A stretch of 64,000 nt of DNA from Pseudomonadota bacterium. GTDB lineage: Bacteria > Desulfobacterota > Desulfobulbia > Desulfobulbales > JAGXFP01. Within the stretch, counting starts at the first letter, position 1. Every line of letters begins with the position of its first letter. The stretch is from the NCBI GenBank assembly GCA_018823285.1, contig JAHJIQ010000010.1:15808-79807 (forward strand), in the 5' to 3' direction. The notes under the pieces were generated by a model. The model saw nothing but the letters and a program-made list of their open reading frames with translations, did not search any database and was not told the DNA's origin. Positions 28,776 to 36,611 of the stretch are shown here, one piece after another. The translations under genes were made by a program, and so were the position numbers.

Positions 28776-30917
28776 ATGGTGCCTATCGAGAACCCAATTG
28801 TGGCGATCTCTTCTGAATTAATGGCGGCCTTTGCCGCAATCCCAAAAAAGAAGCAAGGTAAAGTGCTCGATTTTATTACAAAATTTCGGGAGAACCCAAC
28901 TTCGGCCAGTATAAATTATGAGAAAATAATTCAATTCAAGGACCCAACATTACGATCGGTGCGGATCGATCAGGAATATCGGGGAATAGTGAAAAAACCT
29001 GATACCGGAAACGTCTATATGCTTCTGTGGGTGGATCATCATGACAAAGCATATAGTTGGGCGAAGAATAAACGGTGTAAAATAAACCCCGAGACAGGAA
29101 GCCTGCAGGTTTATGATGTCGATGACACTGTCCAGGAAATCAGTGAACAGAAAGAGACAGTTCAAAGTAATGATGGGAAGATATCTTTATTCGCCTCAAT
29201 TCATGACAGGCATCTGTTGAAGCTCGGAGTTCCGGAAGAATTGTTGCCCCTTGTCCGAAACATTAATTCCGATCAGGAGTTGGAAGAAAAGTGCAAGAAT
29301 CTACCTGAAGAGGCGTGCGAGGCGCTTTTTGCCCTGGCAGCCGGATACACTTTGGATGAGGTTTTCAGAGAGTTCGAGAGAAGCCCAGACGTTGATGAAA
29401 AAGCAGATACAGAAGATTTTGAAAAGGCACTACACAACCCAGATACCAAACGCCGCTTCGTAGTTGTAGATGATGATATTGCCTTGCAGGAGATTCTTGA
29501 AGCTCCCCTTGAGAAGTGGAGAGTTTTTCTCCATCCATCTCAACGCAGTCTTGTCGAAAGGGATTGGAATGGACCAGTGCGAGTTTTAGGTGGCGCAGGA
29601 ACCGGGAAAACCGTTGTGGCAATCCATAGGGCAAAGTGGCTTGCAGAAACAACCTATAACGCCAAAAACGATAAGATACTCTTCACTACTTTCACTCGAA
29701 ATCTCGCCGCCGATATCAAGGAGAACCTGGGGAAGATTTGTACTGATGAACCGATGCGTCGGATTGAGGTTATTAACTTGGATAGGTGGGTTTCAAACTT
29801 CCTGAAAAAGAACGATTACAACTATGATCTGGATTATGGGAAAAGAACAATAGCGTTTTGGAAAAAAGCGCTGGATTTGGTTCCTGCAGAGCTAGGGCTG
29901 GACGATACTTTTTATCGGGAAGAATGGGAGAGAGTCATTCAGGCCCAATCTATTACTTCTTTTGCTGAGTATTTAAAAGCTTCCAGAATAGGCAGAGGGG
30001 TACGTTTAAGCAGAAAAAATAGAAAAGATATCTGGCCGGTTTTTGAAGAATACCGCGTGCTCCTCAATGAGAACAACCTCCGGGAAGTGGACGATGCCAT
30101 GCGTGATGCCTGTGTCCTGATTCAAAAGAAGGGAGCGGTTCTCCCTTATAAGGCAGTAATTGTTGATGAAGCACAGGATATGAGTGTTCAGGCTTTCAAC
30201 TTGATCAGACAAATTGCAGGGACAGAGCATAAAAATGATTTGTTTATAGTTGGAGACGCTCATCAGAGAATATATCGCCACAAGGTTGTTCTTGGTCAGT
30301 GCGGCATCAACATTCGGGGACGTGGGAAAAGGTTGCGCATCAACTATCGTACGACAGAAGAGAACAGACACTGGGCAGTAAACTTGTTGGAAGGTTTGAG
30401 TTTTGATGACCTGGATGGTGGGGTTGATGATCAGATGGGCTACAAGTCCCTGATGCATGGTGTATTACCCAAGGTTGAAAACTTCACTTCATTTCAGGTA
30501 GAGGTCGAGTTCATTGTAAAATATCTTGACCAGGTTCAAAATGAAGGCGGTGAGCTAAATCAAATATGTTTGGTTGCCAGGACAAATGAACTGTTAAGGC
30601 AGTATCAAGGCGCCCTCAAGGCAATGGGAAAAGAGACCTGTTTTATCAAACCAAATGAGGTTGAAGATAGAAGAATAGGTGGAATACGAATTGCGACGAT
30701 GCACCGGGTGAAAGGCCTTGAGTTTGACCGGGTCATTATTGCCGGAGTAAATGCTGGAGTGGTTCCACTGGAAGTACAGTGGGCCCAAACTGATGATACG
30801 TCAATTCAAAGAGAGCAAGAAACCCAGGAAAGAGCCCTCCTTTATGTTGCAGCAACTCGAGCAAAGAAGGAAGTGCTGGTTACTAGTTTTGGAGAGACGA
30901 GTGAGTTTTTGGGGTGA
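28776..30917 (+). CDS. UvrD/PcrA-like SF1 helicase with RelE/ParE-fold-like N-terminal domain
   Basis: 713 aa. Walker A LGGAGTGKTVVA, Walker B VIVDEAQDMS, then IVGDAHQRIY, INYRTT, ATMHRVKGLEFDRVII and LLYVAATRAKKEV. The N-terminus reads FITKFRENP...LRSVRIDQEYRGIV...VYMLLWVDHHDKAYSWA. Confidence 0.85.
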   Translation: MVPIENPIVAISSELMAAFAAIPKKKQGKVLDFITKFRENPTSASINYEKIIQFKDPTLRSVRIDQEYRGIVKKPDTGNVYMLLWVDHHDKAYSWAKNKRCKINPETGSLQVYDVDDTVQEISEQKETVQSNDGKISLFASIHDRHLLKLGVPEELLPLVRNINSDQELEEKCKNLPEEACEALFALAAGYTLDEVFREFERSPDVDEKADTEDFEKALHNPDTKRRFVVVDDDIALQEILEAPLEKWRVFLHPSQRSLVERDWNGPVRVLGGAGTGKTVVAIHRAKWLAETTYNAKNDKILFTTFTRNLAADIKENLGKICTDEPMRRIEVINLDRWVSNFLKKNDYNYDLDYGKRTIAFWKKALDLVPAELGLDDTFYREEWERVIQAQSITSFAEYLKASRIGRGVRLSRKNRKDIWPVFEEYRVLLNENNLREVDDAMRDACVLIQKKGAVLPYKAVIVDEAQDMSVQAFNLIRQIAGTEHKNDLFIVGDAHQRIYRHKVVLGQCGINIRGRGKRLRINYRTTEENRHWAVNLLEGLSFDDLDGGVDDQMGYKSLMHGVLPKVENFTSFQVEVEFIVKYLDQVQNEGGELNQICLVARTNELLRQYQGALKAMGKETCFIKPNEVEDRRIGGIRIATMHRVKGLEFDRVIIAGVNAGVVPLEVQWAQTDDTSIQREQETQERALLYVAATRAKKEVLVTSFGETSEFLG

Positions 30918-30953
30918 AAACAATACATAAGGAATTGTTGGCACTTAACTATC

Positions 30954-31493
30954 TTGATCCAGATAAAATGCCGGAAGCGGAAGTCAGTTTACGCCTGGCG
31001 ATCTACTTTGCCGAACACTCTGACACTTCTGGTCATATCAGTGTTTGCTATTGACGGAGCCCAGGTAAAGGTTAAGGAAAAGATCATATTCCCACTGTTA
31101 GACTTTATGTGTGATTGCGGTTGGGAGAAGTCCTCAGGACCTGACTGGAAAGGAAAATACACGAAACAGGGCTGCGCAGATATTGAAGTACACTCAACGT
31201 CAGGTAAGGGTGATATTGTCGCTAAGTTAAAAGATAAGACCTACAGGGTTGAAGCCAAGAAAGGCCCTCTTGAGCGCAGTAAAAGTTCGCAGGAATACCC
31301 CCTGATGCGAGAAGCGATCGGGCAGTTAATGACCGTTGAAGAGGTTCCAGATAATGATATCCTGGGAATCGCCGTCCCAGATTCCCCGAAGTTCAGACAA
31401 CTCGCCGAGAAATGGCGTGAAGCACCATTGATTAAGAAGTATGGAATTAAGATTTTCCTGGTGGACAGACGAAACCAGATTGATGGTATTTAA
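30954..31493 (+). CDS. small PD-(D/E)xK (Hjc-like) nuclease candidate; 5' end uncertain or possibly frameshifted
   Basis: The ORF-track frame contains TSGKGDIVAKLKDKTYRVEAKKGP, a D-x12-ExK pattern like archaeal Hjc-type resolvases. The N-terminal 30 aa of this frame look non-protein-like. A better N-terminus lies in another frame starting at GTG 30914, which overlaps the upstream TGA. Confidence 0.5.
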   Translation: MIQIKCRKRKSVYAWRSTLPNTLTLLVISVFAIDGAQVKVKEKIIFPLLDFMCDCGWEKSSGPDWKGKYTKQGCADIEVHSTSGKGDIVAKLKDKTYRVEAKKGPLERSKSSQEYPLMREAIGQLMTVEEVPDNDILGIAVPDSPKFRQLAEKWREAPLIKKYGIKIFLVDRRNQIDGI

Positions 31494-31846
31494 AAATTGA
31501 CCGAGGTAGACAAGTTTGAGTGTTAGTAAGTTACTAATAAATATCGAAGATCATATGTTGCATGTTCCCAGACAGTTACCTCTTTTTAGCCATATTTTCA
31601 CTCTGATAAAAGTATCAATTTGTTGAGGTTAAATTTAAAACTTAATGAAATAGAAAACTTCTTATATGCCATGGTGATTTAGCACAAAATGCTAGGTCAA
31701 AGTCAATTTGAAGGTTAGGATGTTTGGGAGAATTGTGTCTTAGAGAAAAGGCATGATAATTTGGTTGTTTCAGTACTTAGAAGAAGCAAGCTGGTATTGA
31801 AGCTCATTTGATTAAGGTCTTGTGTAGAATTATAAATGGGGTGATC

Positions 31847-33094
31847 ATGCCTGAGCATAATGGACCTGCAGCACCGGATGTGGTTGCCGCAGACGGTGAT
31901 CCTGGAGATGAAACAGCACGTCGTTATCGATTTCAATCGATTTATGCTGCCATAGTTTGCTGTATGATGCTAGACACTACCGAGGATGTCGTAGAAGTTT
32001 TCTGTGAACACCACGAGGATGTCCTTGTTAAGCATGGTGATGGAACGTTTTCAGGCTTGCAAGTAAAGACTAGAGCTTCAGATCAGGCTGTATGGAAGAC
32101 CAGTGATAAGGCTGTGAAAGGATCATGTGCTCGATTTGCAAAGCTCGAAAAAGATTTCCCTGGTTGTTTCAGATCATATCATTTCTTTACTAACCATCCA
32201 TTGCACTCTGCCAAGAATGGGCAGGACCTCCGTTACGTCCTTGAATTGATCAAAAGGACGTCCATAGTTAGTGACGTCCCACCTTTGGCCCAGAGTTTTC
32301 TGAAGCAAGTTGCCAAGTTAGCCGATTGTACTCTAGAGGTGGTATTTAACTCTCTATCAAAAACTTATGCTAACGACAGTTTACCAAAGTTAGCTGACGC
32401 GGAGGTTCGGCTTGTTTACACTCTTACGAGTGTTTGGGAGCGTGCAGGAGAGTGTTCCTATCACTCAGTTCTCCGCTCAGCGAGGCAGCTCATATGGGAG
32501 TGCCAACAGGCGTCATCTCTTGCCCACCAAGATGTTTTGCCTGCATACCTTCCAGTAACCGCTCATTTTGAAGATGAGGAGCTTGTCCAACGCATTGCAG
32601 GAAAATGTGTTGATCGATCTCGTGTTCTTGAAATCCTAGAAAACGGATTAAATGCTATGGCTACTTTAGCAGTTGACCCTGCAGAATTTACCGAGCCTGG
32701 TGCTGGTAAGAGGGAGCTCCTGCTCAAAAAGCTTGATGCTGGAGGTTTTTCCGCCGTTTCATGTAACTCAGCAGAGGACCTTCGTGATAAAGCTGATTTC
32801 TTGGGCATCGTTTGGACAAAAAAATATGGTCGAGAACCCGGACTCCAGCGGAATGAACATGTCCGGTCTCTTGTTCTCAGCGATGCTGCAAGGGTTTTTG
32901 AGGCTACTCATACTGAAGAACGTTCGTTTGGTCTTGATATGCTCTCCACACTACGTACTCGATTTCAACAACGACGTGATGAGGGTAGCCAGCTTTATGA
33001 ATGCAGCAATGAACATCTTGAGGGATTTGCGTTTTCATTGACTTCTCAATGTAAAATTCAGTGGAGTATTAACCGGCCATGGGAGACAGAGTAA
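31847..33094 (+). CDS. lmuA: Lamassu LmuA, Cap4-type (DUF4297) nuclease effector
   Basis: N-terminus reads GDETARRYRFQS...VVEVFCEHHEDVLV...GLQVKTR, matching the DUF4297/Cap4 pattern G..A..GY.YQ ... E..eD ... QVK. ATG 31847 is preferred over TTG 31808 from the ORF track. It is followed by LmuC and LmuB. Confidence 0.75.
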   Translation: MPEHNGPAAPDVVAADGDPGDETARRYRFQSIYAAIVCCMMLDTTEDVVEVFCEHHEDVLVKHGDGTFSGLQVKTRASDQAVWKTSDKAVKGSCARFAKLEKDFPGCFRSYHFFTNHPLHSAKNGQDLRYVLELIKRTSIVSDVPPLAQSFLKQVAKLADCTLEVVFNSLSKTYANDSLPKLADAEVRLVYTLTSVWERAGECSYHSVLRSARQLIWECQQASSLAHQDVLPAYLPVTAHFEDEELVQRIAGKCVDRSRVLEILENGLNAMATLAVDPAEFTEPGAGKRELLLKKLDAGGFSAVSCNSAEDLRDKADFLGIVWTKKYGREPGLQRNEHVRSLVLSDAARVFEATHTEERSFGLDMLSTLRTRFQQRRDEGSQLYECSNEHLEGFAFSLTSQCKIQWSINRPWETE

Positions 33095-33642
33095 TGGATA
33101 TTGTAAAAATGGTAGCTGATCTCGATCAATCGCCGGACTTACATATGGCAAGAATTCTTATTCTCCTAGATGCATTTGCAGAGGATGATCAGTGCGGTGC
33201 TATTGAGGGGTTGACTAAACTTGCTAAACTGGACTTCCTGCTACGCTATCCTGTCATGCTTGAGCGAGCTCTTGAAGCTAAAGGATGTTCTACCCGAGAC
33301 ATCCATTTAGATGATCATGAGCGTCACAGTGTGGAGTCAAAGATGGTTAGATATCGCTTTGGTCCTTGGGATCACCGGTATCGGGAGCTTCTCAATATTC
33401 TCATCGCTAAGGGCCTTACAAACATCAGTATCGAAGGACGCACGTTTGTAATTGTTAGCACAGAGATGGGGAGAAATAAAGCTCAACAATTGGCTGAGGA
33501 AGAAATGTTCAAGCCTTATGCAAGACGAGCAAAGCTGCTAAAGAGGAGATTCGATTTAACCGCAACTAATCTAATGCGGTTTATATATGAAACATTTCCA
33601 GAAATTATTTCTTTGAAATCCAACTCGCCCATACCGACATGA
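33094..33642 (+). CDS. lmuC: Lamassu LmuC (ABC-3C middle component)
   Basis: Small helical protein (...IEGLTKLAKLDFLLRYP...) located between the LmuA-like and LmuB-like genes. ATG 33094 overlaps the lmuA stop (TAATG) and is preceded by GGGAGA (33081-33086). An alternative start is ATG 33079. Confidence 0.6.
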   Translation: MDIVKMVADLDQSPDLHMARILILLDAFAEDDQCGAIEGLTKLAKLDFLLRYPVMLERALEAKGCSTRDIHLDDHERHSVESKMVRYRFGPWDHRYRELLNILIAKGLTNISIEGRTFVIVSTEMGRNKAQQLAEEEMFKPYARRAKLLKRRFDLTATNLMRFIYETFPEIISLKSNSPIPT

Positions 33643-35579
33643 AGATATTACTCCGACATCTAATTGTTCGTACTCGGAAATCTACCGAGCACATAGACTT
33701 CTCTGAGGTTGTTACATTTTTATATGGTCCAATCGGCAAGGGCAAGTCAACAGTAGCCCGTTTAGTGGATTACTGCCTTGGAGGGAATCTTGAACGCACT
33801 CCTGCGATACAACAGGAGTTTGTTGCGGCTGAGTTGTCACTCGTTTTAGGGGGCTACGATTGTACGATTGAGAGATCTTCGGAGGACACCCAAAGTGTAA
33901 GGGTTAATTGGGTTGGGCCGAGTGATGAAAATGGGTCAGTAAATGCTCCCTTAAGTGCCCAAGAGGAGCCTTTGATTGATGCAGAAGTGTATAGTCTTAG
34001 TGACTTGATTTTCCATTTGTGTGGAGTTACTCCAATCAAAGTTCGGAAGAGAAGTCGTGACCCAAATTCACCTCTAATCCGTCTAAGTATTCGTGATATA
34101 TTAAGGTATTGCTATCTAGACCAGACACATTTAGATTCGTCGTTTTTTCGTCTTGAGGACCCTTTTCGCGGGCGTAAAAGTCAAGATGCCATGCGATTTT
34201 TCACCGGGTTGTATTCCGATCGTCTAAACCAACTCGAAATTGATTTGATGCGGATTAGGGATGAGCAGCGAACCAAACGTGAAGCAGTGCAGCAAATCCG
34301 TTCGTTTATGGCTCGGTTCAATCTTGGGTCTGAAGATGATATGTTTGCTCAACTCCAGAACACCCGACAGGAACTTGAGGAAGCCACGAAAATCCGAAAC
34401 ACACTTGAAAGTACTCGATCTGTACAAACTCACCCGACAGATACTCTTCGGCACAATCTGAGACAGTTGAGTTTAATGATTGAAGATATCGGCCTGGCAA
34501 TTTCTGAGTTATCAGGAGCAACCAGCGAACAGGAAGCTCTTAGGGCGGAATTGATTACATCAAAGATTAAAGCCGAGAGAGCTGATCACTCTGGAAGAAT
34601 ACTTGGAGGTGTTCAATTTAAACGTTGTCCAGAATGCGGGGTTGATGTTTCTGGTAGGCTAGATAACCAGGAACAATGTGGCCTGTGTGGTAGTGATCCA
34701 GATGATGATGACAATGCCACTTCGCCCCTCGAGTTAGAAGCACTTCGACGAGATCTTAATGAACGCATTGATCAGATTGCTGATTCTATTTCGCGTCGGG
34801 AGCATGAGTTGAGACGAATGGTAAAACAGCTTGAGCTTGCACAGCAAAAGAAAATGTATCTAGATCGTCAGTTGCAGGAAGAACTTGCTCGATATGACTC
34901 TGCGTATGTGGAAAGTATCCGGAATAGCGAGCGAGAAATCGCGACCCTTGTTGAGCGTATAAGATCTCTACAGCAACTTCAACAAATGCCAATTGCAGTT
35001 AATTCTTTAGAGGAAGAAGCTGGTGCTTTGCAAGGTAAGATTGACTTGTTAAAGACATCTGTTACCCAAGAGCGTGAGCGTCTAAGTGACGCCGACGATA
35101 ATATTGCGGCTATAGCTGCAGAGTTTAAACGTGTAATGATTGCGGTCTCTTTCCCAGGAGTAACGGAGGAAGACAGTGTTGTTATAGATCCACGAAATTG
35201 GAAGCCATCAGTTGTTCACGGGGGGCAGGAGTGGAGCTTTTGGGATACTGGGAGTGGAGGCAAGAAAACACTCTTCAACGTATGTTATGCTTTAGCGATT
35301 CATGCTGTTGCTTTGAGTAAAAATATGCCCGTTCCTGACTTTATTATCATAGATAGTCCAACTAAAAACATTAGTGAGGATGAGAACCCTGAATTGGTGC
35401 AAGCGCTCTACGCGGAGATTTATAGGCTAGCAGAAGGGCAAGATGGACGAAGGATTCAGTTTCTGTTGATTGATTCTGAACGAGTTGCGCCTAACGATGA
35501 TCTGCCGGGCTTCTTGGAACGTCGGATGGCTGGTGAACTAGATGCTCCAAGCTTGATTCCACACTACCATGGACCATGA
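33639..35579 (+). CDS. lmuB: Lamassu LmuB, SMC/Rad50-like ABC ATPase (DUF3732-type)
   Basis: 646 aa. Walker A FLYGPIGKGKST, a long coiled coil with a central CPEC...CGLC hook, an ABC signature-like DTGSGGKKT, and Walker B DFIIIDSPTKN. ATGA overlap with lmuC. Confidence 0.8.
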   Translation: MKILLRHLIVRTRKSTEHIDFSEVVTFLYGPIGKGKSTVARLVDYCLGGNLERTPAIQQEFVAAELSLVLGGYDCTIERSSEDTQSVRVNWVGPSDENGSVNAPLSAQEEPLIDAEVYSLSDLIFHLCGVTPIKVRKRSRDPNSPLIRLSIRDILRYCYLDQTHLDSSFFRLEDPFRGRKSQDAMRFFTGLYSDRLNQLEIDLMRIRDEQRTKREAVQQIRSFMARFNLGSEDDMFAQLQNTRQELEEATKIRNTLESTRSVQTHPTDTLRHNLRQLSLMIEDIGLAISELSGATSEQEALRAELITSKIKAERADHSGRILGGVQFKRCPECGVDVSGRLDNQEQCGLCGSDPDDDDNATSPLELEALRRDLNERIDQIADSISRREHELRRMVKQLELAQQKKMYLDRQLQEELARYDSAYVESIRNSEREIATLVERIRSLQQLQQMPIAVNSLEEEAGALQGKIDLLKTSVTQERERLSDADDNIAAIAAEFKRVMIAVSFPGVTEEDSVVIDPRNWKPSVVHGGQEWSFWDTGSGGKKTLFNVCYALAIHAVALSKNMPVPDFIIIDSPTKNISEDENPELVQALYAEIYRLAEGQDGRRIQFLLIDSERVAPNDDLPGFLERRMAGELDAPSLIPHYHGP

Positions 35580-35749
35580 AATGCAAATAGTTTTCATGAA
35601 GGAAATGATTCAAACGGATTCACTATTTCGTATATCAAAATTCATGATCAACATCTCCAATGGATGTTATCATATGTTATGCATTAAAGGAGTGAAGAAC
35701 CTTCACACTATCTACTGAAATATGTATACCGATAAATAGTCGATGATTG

Positions 35750-36304
35750 TTAGTTGTGGCCATTGAGAGCCTTGTTGTTGAACTCGCCCAAAACCCCGCG
35801 TCGCCTGGTCATCTCCCAGTAATCTTTCAACGACCCCATCAAATATTTTTTTAAAAACATCAAGTCTCTCCAGCTCTCCAGGCCTTCCTGCCGCCGCTCT
35901 TTTTCAAGCTCAAGAACATCTGACTTAATCTTGGCTCGTGCCTCATCAATGGCCCTCGTCAAATCAAACGGGTAACAATCCGCAATATTATCCAACTCCA
36001 TTAACTCAGTGTGCAACCGGCGGACTTCTCCATCAATCTTTCCAAAGTGTGAGTCATTTAGATCTTCACGAAGTTGAATCTCTTCCAATAGTGCATTAAC
36101 CGAGGCCTTCAAAGTCCTAGCCTTATCAGAAAACATGTCTTCAAGTAATGAGTTTTTCCTATTAGGGTCAGGGCTTGAAGCAATCGCCTCCAAAGACTTC
36201 TTCAATTCTTTGTGGGCGAATGGAGTCGCCGTTTTTCTGGGGTTTCCAGGGGAAGTAGCAACTATGTTTGGGTATACTTCTGGGGATAAGTAATGGCCTT
36301 CCAT
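35750..36304 (-). CDS. hypothetical helical protein (only convincing minus-strand gene)
   Basis: 184-aa ORF, convergent with lmuB and divergent from the helicase operon. It is predicted helical or coiled. No recognisable motif. Confidence 0.5.
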   Translation of the reverse strand: MEGHYLSPEVYPNIVATSPGNPRKTATPFAHKELKKSLEAIASSPDPNRKNSLLEDMFSDKARTLKASVNALLEEIQLREDLNDSHFGKIDGEVRRLHTELMELDNIADCYPFDLTRAIDEARAKIKSDVLELEKERRQEGLESWRDLMFLKKYLMGSLKDYWEMTRRRGVLGEFNNKALNGHN

Positions 36305-36611
36305 TTTATCATTATGGAGTGCTAGAGATTATAAGGGTTGTACAAGAATTGGAAGAAGGCCTTCTTTGATATTAGAACAGAATAATTGTGTGGTGATGTA
36401 CACAACCCGATTCTTCCGCTTGCCTATCTTTTTCACAGACTTTGACCAACAGTCCGTCGCAAATTTAATATGGAAATAATTATAACAAACACGCATTGTC
36501 GGTTAGATTGAGTTCGTTTATTTGAGATGGAAGGGGGAATGTGATTTCAGGAACTGCCCCTGTGCCCTTTGCAACAGAGATACGGTGTTGAATCATGAAA
36601 CAACCAACCAG

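Noticed and set aside
35692-35706. Hairpin GTGAAG-AAC-CTTCAC between convergent lmuB and the minus-strand gene, considered as a bidirectional terminator.
   Set aside because: The stem is only 6 bp, with no flanking T or A run. That is too weak to call.
36386-36405. Inverted repeat TTGTGT-N8-ACACAA in the divergent intergenic region upstream of the helicase operon, considered as an operator.
   Set aside because: A 6-bp arm could arise by chance. There is no adjacent regulator gene and no second copy.
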